In this document: piece after piece, positions 12,640 to 25,387 of the stretch | Numbering within the stretch: position 1 is the first letter of the stretch | How the letters are laid out: each line of letters starts with the position of its first letter | Position numbers and translations under genes: made by a program | Notes under the pieces: generated by a model | What the model was told of the DNA's origin: nothing | The model's input: only the letters and a program-made list of their open reading frames with translations | The model's database searches: none | From: Octopus sinensis | Lineage: Eukaryota | Reading direction: 5' to 3' | Length of the DNA stretch: 64,000 nt | NCBI RefSeq assembly: GCF_006345805.1 | Contig: NC_043004.1 | Coordinates: 85,870,001 to 85,934,000 of the forward strand

Positions 12640-13300
12640 GTTGTAGAATAGCAGAAAAGTTAGAACATCTAACAAAGAAACAATCATTCATATTCATATC
12701 CGTGTTTAGACACGGGCCATTACTTTCTGAGTTCAAATGTACTTCTCATCCTAACAACAATAAAATAAAATAACAAATAAATACAGGGATCGGTTTTAAT
12801 CCAATATAGCCAAAGCCAACAATTAATTTTGAGGCTTGTTGATATCCAGGCGATCAACATTACCAAAGTGATATAGAATGGTGGGTTGGTGAAATTGTTA
12901 GAGCATCGAGGGTGGGGGGACTGTTTTGGGGTATTTGTTCTGGCTCTTTTCGTTCAGCGTTCAATTCCCGCCGAGACCAATTTTGATTTTCATCCCTGCC
13001 GAACAGATGGATTGGAGAAGTAGTCGTATAATAGGATCAATATTTTTGACTGCTCCTCCTCTCAAAGTTGCCGGTTTTATATTCGAAATTGTAACCATTA
13101 TCAAAGAGAAATATGATCAGAATCAAAAGAACGTTGGAGAAAAAATACCACCTTGTGGTATTTACTGGCATTTCTTTACGATCTGAGTTCGAATCCCGCT
13201 AATATCGGAATTTTCCTTTTATGCTTCCGTCGGGGTTAATAAAATAAATTAAAGCCATTACTGGAATCGATATTGGATAGAGTGTTCCCTGAATTCAACT
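12640..13300 (+). mobile_element. Array of about three diverged family A/B SINEs
   Basis: Degenerate GTTAGA-CATC heads and GAGTTCAAAT/GAGTTCGAAT boxes. Confidence 0.6.
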
Positions 13301-13555
13301 CAGAAACAAAAATAATAAATGAATAAATAAATAAATAGATAAGGAGCCCTGAGCGTAAATTAGAAATCAATAATACGAAAGTTCGATCAAGTCTTGAGAC
13401 TAATACTCCCTTTCGAATTTAATCTTAATCCTTCTATTGATGTTACTGCTGCAGTTTATGTTTTATTAAAATTTGATACTTTCATTGACTTGCAAAGTGC
13501 GTTTTCTTTTCTGTCTAATATCGATGTGTGTGTGTTTACATATATACATACATAT

Positions 13556-13785
13556 AAGGCGGCGAGCTGGCAGAAACGTTAGCACGCTGGGCGAAATGGG
13601 TAGCCGTATTTCGTCTGCTGCTACGTTCTGAGTTCAAATTCCGCCGAGGTCGACTTTGCCTTTCATCCTTTCGGGGTCGATAAATTAAGTACCAGTTACG
13701 CACTGGGGTCGATGTAATCGACTTAATTCGTTTGTCTGTCCTGTTTGTCCCCTCTGTGTGTAGACCCTTGTGGGTAATAAAAAAC
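13556..13785 (+). mobile_element. Family A SINE, full length, young
   Basis: AAGGCGGCGAGCTGGCAGAAACGTTAGC...GAGTTCAAATTCC...TTGTGGGTAATAAAAAA; near-identical to 34425-34655. Confidence 0.93.
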
Positions 13786-13842
<57 letters not shown>

Positions 13843-13860
13843 GTATATATATATGTATAT

Positions 13861-14151
13861 ATATCGCGTGTCTTTGGCAATATGGCGTATATATAGACGT
13901 GTGTGTGTGCGCGCTCCTGTGGTGTTGTATTGTTGTTCTCATATATATATATATATATAAAGTTAATCCAAAGATGAAAACACCAAGAGAAACCACAACA
14001 ACGCGAGGACGTGGAACAAATATAGTATTATTGGACGCTCAGGAAGGAAAGGAAGAACCGGAGCTCTTCGTCAGAAACATAGGGAAAGGAAAGATCCAGA
14101 GAAGGAAAGACGGAGGGAAAAATCGCCAACGGTACACACGTGGTCACACAT

Positions 14152-14204
<53 letters not shown>

Positions 14205-15722
14205 TATATATATATATGTATATATATATGTATATATGCATATATTATATACATATATATGCACACACACACACAAACACACATATGTATATATTATCAA
14301 CCGCACGTACTCATTGTATGTTATTCGCTTGTTTACCGGAGTGCTGCGCACAGCGCTTTCGGGACGACTCCCTAGTGTTAGAAGACCTGAAGGTCACAGA
14401 CAGGCGAGATAACTCACCCGTAACACCATTCAGGAGTGATTGGCACCGATATTTCGCTATTTTTTTGTCGCTAATCAATATCGCATACATGAATCGTACA
14501 GGGAGCAGAACGGAATCGCCAGTTTATGACTATATACAAAGAGTGTATGAACCATCGGCTGGTAGGCCTCGGCAATGCGTACGTTGAGACAACTGGCCTC
14601 AAGAGCGTTATTGAATTTAACCTTACGTCTACAAACATACACGCACGCACACACACAAAAATACGCAGACACACACGAATACACACACACACACTCGTAT
14701 AATATTGCCGTCATCGTGATGTATCGTACACCTCTAGCGTATTGGTGCCACTACAACGAATGGCTACTCGATAAAGTGCTACTTTTTTCCACCTGCCCAG
14801 CCACTCTTGGTCAGCCAGCTTTTGATATTGTCCATCTATTACGTTCTTTGTCAACATCATGATCAGTTATCTTCTACTCTTTCAAAATCTCAGTATCTTT
14901 GAATATGGCCATAATAGATGAGCTTCTGTTTTCCTTTACAATATTCAGGTGTTGTTGTCTTTCTCCTACATAATGTATAGCACCTATTCATTGATAATAT
15001 ATACATAATATACACTCATTTAAAATAGATTTATAAAATACAGACACACATAAACACACAGCCATATCACACAAATAGACACCAATACATACTACTTTTT
15101 ACAAACAAGGATATCAATCACTTGTAGACTCGGCTTGTTCACCTTCATCAGAATATATGCATGTATGTATGTATGTATGTATGTATGTATGTATGTATGT
15201 ATGTATGTATGCATGCATGTATGTATGCATGTATGTATGTATGTATGTATGTATGTATGTATGTATGTATGTTTGTATGTATGTATGTTTGTATGTATGT
15301 ATGTATGTATGTATGTTTGTATGTATGTATGTATGTATGTATGTATGTATGTATGTATGTATGTATGTGTATACATATATACATACATATACACACACAA
15401 GCATATTTGTATGAATGATCATATATATTGAACATGTGAGACTCAGAGAAAATTTCATCTGCCGTTTTCAAATAAAAAAATATCTGTTGATGCTTGTTCC
15501 TTTCTCTGCGTGTTGTGCAAGTATTCCTTTGTGACTCCTTCTCATTTATAACAGCGCGCCGTTTTCTTTTTTTCTTTTTTTGTTTTCTTTATTCTTTGGA
15601 ACCTCAGCTCCCGATGGCGTGTTGGGAAGCCGTCTAGAGATGCTGCGTATCTTAGACACCAAAACCTGGAGGAATCCATATCCTTTAGCTCTACATACTA
15701 CCGATTTCTTCCAAGGGGAAAG

Positions 15723-15767
<45 letters not shown>

Positions 15768-16092
15768 AGAAAGAAGAAAGAAAGAAGATGAAGGAAGGAA
15801 CCAAAAGGAAAATAAAGGATTCCAGCACTGATGCTTTATTTACCGGCCCTTAAAAAAAAGAAACGCGTGGCTGACTTTAGCGAAGAGATTCGTTATAAAA
15901 ACCGCAAGGTTATCTATTCGACGCTCTAATGGTTGTGTTGACTCTCCATCTATAACTGAATCTTGCGTTCTTTCAAGAGAGTTCTTCTAAAAGAGCGCCA
16001 ACGGGGCTTTGATCACATATCGCGTGTCTTTGGCAATATGGCGTATATCTAGACGTGTGTGCGCTACTGTGGTTTTGTATCGTTTGTTCTCA
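13861..16092 (+). repeat. ~80-bp direct repeat pair (13861-13942 and 16017-16092)
   Basis: ATATCGCGTGTCTTTGGCAATATGGCGTATAT.TAGACGTGTGTG...CTGTGGT.TTGTAT...GTTCTCAT at both sites. Confidence 0.85.
15155..15368. repeat. (ATGT)n microsatellite
   Basis: About 50 TATG units. Confidence 0.97.
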
Positions 16093-16109
16093 TTATTATA
16101 ATTGTAAAT

Positions 16110-16470
16110 AAGACGGTGAGCTGGCAGAAACGTTAGCACGATGAAATATGTACCAGTTACGCATAGGGATTGATGTAAATGGCTCGCCCCCTTCCCTCAA
16201 AAAATTTCAAGGCCTTGTACCTAAAGTATAAACAATCGTTATATTCAAGGAAACTAACAGGTAGAACCGTTAGCCCGCTGGACAAAATACTTAGTTGCAG
16301 TCTTACTGTTTTTACGTTCTGAGTTCAAGTGCCGCTGGGGTCGACTCTACTATTCACTCCATTGGGGGCCGATAAATATAGTACCAGTCGAGCATTCGAT
16401 TTGATGTAATCGCCTGACACCTTTTCCCCAAAATTTCAGGCTTTGTGTCTGCAGTAGAAACGATTATTGT
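16110..16470 (+). mobile_element. Two family B SINEs (first internally deleted)
   Basis: GGTGAGCTGGCAGAAACGTTAGC heads; AATTTCAGGCTTTGTG tail. Confidence 0.8.
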
Positions 16471-16794
16471 AGTTTTGTCTTTATCGGTTTTCAACATCGT
16501 TTTAATTATTATTTTTGTATCGTTGCCAAGTTTCCTCTCTTATATAACCAGCATGAAATGCATGTTTGTCGAACAATGTTTGAACGCATGACATGACTTA
16601 AAGGGCCACACCGATATAACCAACCACACATATTGCTTGAATTTCACATGGAATCTTGTACTTGCAATAGCTTTTGAGACAGACTCGTACAGCAACAATT
16701 GTAACTCATAATGAACTCGTGTTATATTAGTTCTGAGTCTCCTTACTTGTACTATGCGTCTGTATGTGTGTGTGTGTGTGTGTGTGTGTTGTGT

Positions 16795-16860
<66 letters not shown>

Positions 16861-17594
16861 GCATTATCTGTCCCTAAGACTGAAAGTGGCGGATTTCTCC
16901 TGAAGAGGGTGGGAGCAGGATACGCCCTTGAAAGAATGAGGAAAGCCTTTTTTGTTATCTTTGCTAGATTTGAAAGACGCGGATTGATTACAGAAACGCA
17001 TTTTATCCAACGCTAACAACTGTGCCAAGGAGAATAATTGAGCGAGAAGGGGTTTCTTAAATGTACACCCTTCTAATACTCTAGAAATAGCGGTTTAATC
17101 TTCTTCAAATAAACAAAAAAGACAAAGAAAATAGAAAATGAAGAACCACTTTAGATAATATGGCGGAAAAGAGGACAACTGTATCAGGGAGTTGTAAATC
17201 TTTGGTCATACCTTTACTTGAATTTTCATTTCTCTCTTTCTCTCTTTTTTTTTTTGTCATTCACGCGTTCTTTTTTCGATAATGCCTGACCAGGGGCTAA
17301 ATACAATTATCAACAACACTAATACTAACGACACCAGTAGCAACAAAAGCAACACACACAATAACATTATTAAATCGGTGTTGTTGTCTGGTGCATTACT
17401 ATGCAATTACAAGAAGACATTTGTATTAACGCTGCAACATGAACGGATCAAAACATCGTGAAAAGACATTGTTATAAAAATATCAAAAACATGTAAACAA
17501 GATACACGACATGCTACTTCAAAACAAACAAAACCTATCAGCGTTTGTTAATAACAACAACACCAGCAATAATAATAATAATGATAGAAATAAA

Positions 17595-17629
<35 letters not shown>

Positions 17630-17655
17630 CAATAATAATAATAATTATAATAATA

Positions 17656-18290
17656 AATCGCCACGATAGGGTAGGACAGTATATACATTGGAAGATATGT
17701 AAACACTACAAATTCGACACTCCTGCTAACTGGTATGAACACCATCCTCAGCCAGTTGTTGAAGGTAAAGATGTCACCATCCTCTGGGATTTTCCAGTCA
17801 ACACTGACAGAACGATCAAGGCTAATCGACCAGACATAATTGTTAAAGACAGGGAAGAAAATACCTGCAGACTAAAAGCGTCCCCACTGATAAAAATGTA
17901 TCTGTAAAGGAATTTGACAAACTTAGTAAATATAAGGACCTGGAAATCGAAATACAAAAGATGTGGAATCTTAAAACAAAAACTGTTCCTGTTATTGTAG
18001 GTGCCCTAGGTATGATAAAAAAGGGATGTCAGAAACACCTAGACAATATCCCTGGAGAACCATGTCTCAAGGAAATCCAAAAAATTGTGCTAACAAGTAC
18101 TGCCCACATCCTTAGAAAAACCCTATCAATGTAAATGTTTGTGTTTGTATTACATGGAGATATTTCTCTACTTCCCCTCCCCAAGCTTTCAGCTATATTT
18201 CAACAACTCTTAACCTTCACTTGCCCTAGGGCGCTGGGTGTGCCCCGGCAAGTGATTGCATCAAACATGCAGATTAAAATTAAATGACCA
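17656..18290 (+). mobile_element. 5'-truncated R4/Dong-type non-LTR retrotransposon (RLE endonuclease C-terminus + 3'UTR) in (TAA)n
   Basis: RHDRVGQYIHWKICKHY...WDFPVNTDRTIKANRPDII, frameshift, PTDKNVSVKEFDKLSKYKDLEIEIQKMW...VIVGALG...TAHILRKTLSM* (stop 18134); TAA tracts both sides. Confidence 0.9.
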
Positions 18291-18371
18291 ATAATAATAA
18301 TAATAATAATGATAATGATCATGATAATGATGATGATGATAATGATGATGATGATGATGATGATGATAATA

Positions 18372-18428
<57 letters not shown>

Positions 18429-18439
18429 TAATAATAATA

Positions 18440-18715
18440 GGAAATAGAGGTAACTCGAATGTGGAATTTAAAAACAGAAACAATTCCTATCATAGTAGGC
18501 GCATTAGATATGATGAAAAATATTCAGACAAATACATAACCAAAACACCAGGACTTACAAATATATATAACATACAGAAAATTGCACTACTGGGCACTGC
18601 ACACATCCTACGCAAAACACTTTCAATACAGTAACCATAAGATCATGACAGCAAACTACAGTACATACGCTCGGTAGTGAAGTGAAAGCACGCTATAAAA
18701 ATAAAACTACTGAAT
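18440..18715 (+). mobile_element. Second R4/Dong-type 3' fragment, different subfamily
   Basis: EIEVTRMWNLKTETIPIIVGAL, frameshift, IQKIALLGTAHILRKTLSIQ*; then (TAA)n. Confidence 0.85.
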
Positions 18716-18716
18716 A

Positions 18717-18789
<73 letters not shown>

Positions 18790-18790
<1 letters not shown>

Positions 18791-18910
18791 GACTTGAAAG
18801 AGAAAAAAATTGGTATGACCACAAACCTGAAGGCATCATCGAAAAAGATAATGCAAAGACCCTGTGGGATTTTATGATTCAGTGCGAATAGGAAGCCAGA
18901 CATATTCTTG
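18790..18910 (+). mobile_element. Third R4/Dong-type fragment
   Basis: GLEREKNWYDHKPEGIIEKDNAKTLWDFMIQCE*. Confidence 0.75.
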
Positions 18911-18940
18911 AGAGAATATATATATATATATATATATATA

Positions 18941-19280
18941 TATTACGGAGATGTACTCGCATAGCAAGTAATTTGATCTGAGATCGTGTGCTGAAACGAA
19001 AACAATTGCAGCGTGGAAGGTGTTTATAAGCCATTTAAGAAACACACAAAAGCCGTTCGATTCACTCCAACATTTAGTTTAATTTGTCAAAATATTTCGT
19101 CGCTAAAATCCGCGACCTGTTCGCTGACAAAGTCCGTGCAGCACGGACTTTGTCAGCGAACAGGTCGCGGAGTTTAGCGACGAAAATATTTTGACAAATT
19201 AAACTTAAATGTTGGAGTGAATCGAACGGCTTTTGTGTGTTTCTTAAATGGCTTATAAACACCTTCCACGCTGCAATTGT
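18941..19280. mobile_element. Family D fold-back (arms 19002-19139 / 19141-19280); hammerhead motifs at 19083-19131 (-) and 19149-19198 (+)
   Basis: Near-perfect inverted repeat centred on A19140; cores GCGAACA (U4->C). Confidence 0.9.
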
Positions 19281-19282
19281 AT

Positions 19283-19492
19283 ATAGATCGTTTGCTACTA
19301 CACGCATTTTTTTCTCTCCTTGTTTTTTTCTGTGTATCTTTCTGTCGAAGAGCGTAGGCTCGAACGTAAAAGACTTTTTCTATTCCTGAGCGCTATACTA
19401 ATACATTTGTTTGTTTGTACTCCACCTGCCTTCGTCTTTTGTTTATTTTCGTAAACTTTCCATTTAGCCATATTGAGATGGCAAGTATACCT

Positions 19493-19564
<72 letters not shown>

Positions 19565-19777
19565 GTGAGGTATACTTGCCATCTCAATATGGCTAAATGG
19601 AAAGTTTACGAAAATAAACAAAAGACGAAGGCAGGTGGAGTACAAACAAACAAATGTATTAGTATAGCGCTCAGGAATAGAAAAAGTCTTTTACGTTCGA
19701 GCCTACGCTCTTCGACAGAAAGATACACAGAAAAAAACAAGGAGAGAAAAAAATGCGTGTAGTAGCAAACGATCTAT
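19283..19777. repeat. Family E palindrome: 214-bp arms around a (TA)n spacer; degenerate hammerheads at 19337-19373 (+) and 19687-19723 (-)
   Basis: Arms 19283-19496 and 19564-19777 are reverse complements; motif TCTTT-CTGTCGA-A-GAGC-GTAG-GCTC-GAA-CGT-A-AAAGA. Confidence 0.92.
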
Positions 19778-20538
19778 CATGGAAAGTCTACGAGAATTAC
19801 TTAATACAGTTTAGAAGTGTAAAGGCGATTTTTAAGAGAAATATTAAAAATGTGTTACGAAATTATGTTACTAACCTTTGGGGAGAAGTTTTGCTCTAGA
19901 GTGTGAGCGCTTTCGTTAAACTTTTTCGAACAGACGTGCTCTTAAAAAGGAAATTGTTATTTTTGTGATATTGACAGTGTTTATTTTCAGACTTTTGGTT
20001 TGAGTTCTAAATATTCTTTTACTACTGTTTATTTTATGGAGTGTTGGCTATTTTCGATTAAATTTCGGATTTCGAATACTTATAAGTATTTCTTTTACCA
20101 TTTGTTTACCATTCATAGTTGTATATTTTCATCGTTTACTTTGTAAAATGGGAATATTTTAAATTTTCCATTTGCACATATTTCTAGATATCCACTGTAC
20201 GGTACATTTCTAACAGGTGAATCCCTAATTTGTTATTTATGCACATTTACACAGCTGCTCAGTTTCCTCCCTGTCAATCCAATCTAGTTTTCCTTGCATT
20301 GTGGGCGTGTGATGCAGTAGATGAATTTTTTTTGTTTCACAATTCATGTTTGTATTCACTTCTGATTCCTTCCTATTCTTCAGTTTTTTTCTTGTCCCTT
20401 GCTCAATTAATTTGCATGTCCCACAATAAGGGTCTCCATAATTAGTTACTCGCATCGTTTCTTTTCCAAGTATAAATCTCGCTTTTGTTAGGTGTCTCTT
20501 AAAGTTAGGTTGTTGCCTTCAGGTGTTGATAATTTCTG

Positions 20539-20584
<46 letters not shown>

Positions 20585-21114
20585 CGCACATGCGTACGTA
20601 TGTACATACACACACACATACATACATACATACATACATACATACATACATACATACATACATACATACTACATACATACATACATACATCGCACATACA
20701 TACATACGAACAATAGTAAAACATTAGTTCTGTGATATAGAGATAAAAATCTGATAATAGATTTTAGGGTATAGTTTTTGTGAGCAAGCGTCATAAAATC
20801 ACTTTCTAGCCTCGGCCATAGGGAGCTGAAATTTGATAGCGTTGTGATGAGTGGTCACTCTACATCCATCCATCGCTACAGGTTTATAGCTTTATGTTTA
20901 ATAGAGTGTATGTGCGTGCTTATACACACACATACATATATACATACATACATAATACATACATACATACATACATACATACATACATACATACATAATA
21001 CATGCAACAGGCGTATGTGCGTACATGCATACGTACATACATACACACATGTATGCATACATACACACATAAATACGTACATATATATGACGAACTAACT
21101 GTTACTTTCTTAGA

Positions 21115-21319
21115 TGCAGCACGGACTTTGTCAGTGAACAGGTCGCGGATTTTAGCGACGAAAATATTTTGACAAATTAAACTTAAATGTTGGAGTGAAT
21201 CGAACGGCTTTTGTGTGTTTCTTAAATGGCTTATAAACACCTTCCACGCTGCAATTGTTTTCGTTTCAGCACACGATCTCAGATCAAATTACTTGCTATG
21301 CGAGTACATCTCCGTAATA
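21115..21319 (+). mobile_element. Family D copy with intact G3-C8 core, inverted relative to 18941-19140
   Basis: Reverse complement of 18941-19139; 3' end runs into (TA)n. Confidence 0.92.
21127..21176 (+). ncRNA. Minimal hammerhead ribozyme motif, G3-C8 variant (family D)
   Basis: TTTGTCA-GTGAACA-G-GTCGC-GGATTTTA-GCGAC-GAA-AATATT-T-TGACAAA. Confidence 0.7.
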
Positions 21320-21323
21320 TATA

Positions 21324-21355
<32 letters not shown>

Positions 21356-21364
21356 ATATATTAT

Positions 21365-21395
<31 letters not shown>

Positions 21396-21496
21396 ATATA
21401 TATACATATATATATATATACATATATATATACCTATATATATATATAGTAAAATGTGTACTTGCATATATAAGAGAACAAAGTGTACGTACACCG

Positions 21497-21528
<32 letters not shown>

Positions 21529-21793
21529 CAAAATGGGACAAGAACGCAAAACATCCGAACAACTAGGTGATACAAAAAGGGACAACAAAACATCCAGATA
21601 GACGATATAAAAAAATCAAGGACGGATCAGTCGAAGCTTTCTATCCTTAGTCAAGAACCCGATCATCCCCTTAGCTTAGTTTTTCCTTGGGGCTGTCCAG
21701 ATTGGAGCAATCTCAAGATTAATCAGCCGAAATTTTGTATTAAATATATATATATATATACATGTATATACATGTAGGCATATGTCGCGAACA

Positions 21794-22050
21794 GTAAAGG
21801 TCTGGCCTATAATATTTGGTACATTGGGAACAATAAGCAAAGATATAGGCAATTGGCTGAAGGAGATTGAAATAGAATGGCCGGTGGAGCGCCTACAGAA
21901 AGTTTGTCTCTTGCGGACAGCAAAGATTATCAGGAGGATTGTAAGCAGTTGAAAGACTGCTGAAATCATGTGCATACCTACGATTAAATGTAGTAACACG
22001 CTATCCACATAAATCCTACCGGGAATAAGACCGAATATGAGCCAGACCAA
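21794..22050 (+). mobile_element. R4/Dong-type extreme 3' end
   Basis: VKVWPIIFGTLGTISKDIGNWLKEIEIEWPVERLQKVCLLRTAKIIRRIVSS* (stop 21952), UTR, then (AAT)n. Confidence 0.8.
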
Positions 22051-22075
22051 ATAATAATATAATAATAATATAATA

Positions 22076-22118
<43 letters not shown>

Positions 22119-22147
22119 TAAATAATAATAATAATAATAATAATAAT

Positions 22148-22190
<43 letters not shown>

Positions 22191-22200
22191 GATGATGATG

Positions 22201-22245
<45 letters not shown>

Positions 22246-22286
22246 TAATAATAATAATAATAATAAGTAATAATAATATAATAATA

Positions 22287-22338
<52 letters not shown>

Positions 22339-22341
<3 letters not shown>

Positions 22342-22874
22342 GCCCTGATGTAGTACCAGGCAGTGGTTTTCTTGGCTTCTGATCTGAACTGATTGGAAGT
22401 GTTACCATGTACGTTGTTTTGTCTTGGTATAAAAGATGGGCTACAGCAAATATTCTCCTTAATACCGCAGATTTGTTTGAGCTTAAATTGTTGATTATGT
22501 CCCTTAGTGGCTGACGACGTGCACCTCTGATCACGAGCAGAAGTAGTGGGGGAGCATCATAGCCATGTGTTGAGAAGATTTCTTTGGGGTTTGAATAATT
22601 CACCTCTGGAAACATGGGTTTTTGGTTCAGCATCCTTAAACAGCCTTTATTCAAGGACCCTGCGAGCGGGATGGAGTACCCGATGTGAAGAAAATTCTAA
22701 CTGGGCTCTACCTACGAGGTCATGCGCTGTTTATCTTGATATGAGATTGCACATATGGTTGTGATGCATATGCCTCGTGTACCTTTATCAGACGGCCGGT
22801 CATGATGCGTATACTGGGCTTCAAATATATTTTACACCAGTGTCACTTTTATGGAATGCACTGCTCTCTCACTC
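22339..22874 (+). mobile_element. Family M, full-length ~535-bp copy between two (TAA)n tracts
   Basis: ATGCCCTGATGTAGTACCAGGCAGTGG...CTGCTCTCTCACTC; reverse complement at 60334-61572. Confidence 0.85.
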
Positions 22875-23097
22875 ATAATAATAATAAATAATAACAATAA
22901 TAATAATAATATAATAATAATAATAATAATGATAATGAAATATATAATAATAATAATGATAATATAATAATAATAATATAATATAATAAAATAAGAATAA
23001 TAATAATAATATATACTAATAATTAATGATAATATAATAATAATAATAATAATAATAATATTAATAATAATATTATATAGTAATAATAATAATAATA

Positions 23098-23140
<43 letters not shown>

Positions 23141-23606
23141 CGTGTCTACTAAAGGCACAAGCCCTGAAATTTGAGGGGAACGTGTTAGTCGATTACATCA
23201 ACCTCGGTGCACGATTGTTTGTTTTATTCACACCGAAGGGATGATGTAAGAAGTACCAGTTAAGTTCTGGGGTCAATGGAACCGATTAGGCCATTCCCTT
23301 GAATTTCAAGCCTTTTGTCTATTGCAGAGAGGTTTCTTATTCTTCTTCTTCTTCTTCTTCTTCTTCTCATTATTATTATTATTATTACTAATAAAAATAG
23401 CAATAACGTCAACAACAATAAACACTGGAAGAATATTGTTATTCTCTCACATCAACAAAAAAAATTTACAAGAACGCGGCTTCGACTACATAACAACACG
23501 ACGACAGTGAATGCAGCAATACGGCAGAAACAATCTTTATTGAACAATTAAACAATAAGAATAACACAAAAAACGGAAACAACAACAACAATAACAACAA
23601 CAACAG

Positions 23607-23637
<31 letters not shown>

Positions 23638-24278
23638 ATTGACAACCCAAACCACAATCGCAAAACAGCAGCAATACATTTTCGATATTTGTGTTGTTAC
23701 ATTTGTTTTGTTTTTTATTTTTTTTTTGCGTATATATGTGGAATGTGCGTCTACTATGTGCATGGATGTATGTGTATGCACGGGTGTGACGGAGAGTCTA
23801 TACGTGTGATTGTACGCGTGTCTGTGAGTATGTGTAAGTGTATGTGAATGTATGTGTGTGTGTATATTTGCATCAGTGTGTGCACATACCATATATGTTC
23901 ACCATACACAGAGGCAAAAAGTAAACATCTTACATATAAATATGTATATAGATATTCACAGATATGCGCATATACATCCATCTGTATATATATGCATATA
24001 CATACACACCCATATATATATATATGTATACAAATACATACATATATATATGTATATATATATATATATATACACATATATATATACTACATATAGACAC
24101 ACACACACATGTATGGCTTCATCTTTCATCTGTGTCTTAATATTTTCTTGTTTTCTCTTCCTCTCTCACTCTCTCTCTCTCTCTCTGTGTCTCTCTCTCT
24201 CTCTCTCTCTCTCTGAATGTATGTACGTGTATAGACATATACATACATACATATATATAGATATATAGATATAGATAT

Positions 24279-24310
<32 letters not shown>

Positions 24311-24372
24311 CATACATACATATATATATATACACAGACAGAAAGAGAGAGAGAGATACGTAGATACATATA

Positions 24373-24422
<50 letters not shown>

Positions 24423-24878
24423 CATACATATATATATATATATACCTGTATGTATGCATATACAAATACGTCATGTATTTATGTGTTTGTGTTTACGACT
24501 ACAAGCCGGCGTGTGTATGTACGTATCACTTAAAGGTGCAACAGTCCTACCAGCACACATAACACTTATAGAATGATGCATACATTTTTACGTTAGGCAT
24601 AAATCAGTATGTCCTAGGTACTCTGCCTATGTCGTTCAGACATGACTGCTACGGAGATAATTCATATGTGTGTGTGTGTGTGTGTGATGATACGCCGCAA
24701 CCACTTTGCGCATGTGTACGTGAATCTGTGAAGGTAGGGTTGTGTGCGGAACTACGAAGCGCTTCAACATGAACGCATACACGAGTGACGCAAACTGTAC
24801 GTGTTTCAGGTGCATGCGTTGGTGCTGCGTGTTCACGTATAAACGCGTCGTGTTGTATGCTATACAAATATATATTTA

Positions 24879-24959
<81 letters not shown>

Positions 24960-25012
24960 TACATATACATACATACATATATATATCCATGTGTACGTTT
25001 TTGTGCGTGTGT

Positions 25013-25045
<33 letters not shown>

Positions 25046-25240
25046 CATTTATATATATATACATATATACATATATATGTATATATATATATATATATAC
25101 ATACATATAGTGTGTGTGTATGTGTGTGTGTGTGATTCCGAACCGGAAAAATAGAAGGCATTGAATAGATGTTCGTTTAATTTCCCAACATAACTCATTT
25201 ATACAGACATGCATATCTTCATATATACTATATAATATAT

Positions 25241-25273
<33 letters not shown>

Positions 25274-25304
25274 TATTATATAACATATATATATATATAT
25301 ATAC

Positions 25305-25349
<45 letters not shown>

Positions 25350-25356
25350 CATATAT

Positions 25357-25387
<31 letters not shown>

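Noticed and set aside
13556-13640. tRNA genes at SINE heads
   Set aside because: A/B boxes present but no complete cloverleaf or acceptor stem; they continue into SINE bodies.
16894-16944. CTGAAGA...GAAA hammerhead-like string
   Set aside because: No U16.1/H17 in register, irregular stem II, not part of a recognisable repeat; treated as chance.
19298-19762. Two near-identical 115-aa ORFs on opposite strands
   Set aside because: By-product of the family E palindrome plus TA read-through.
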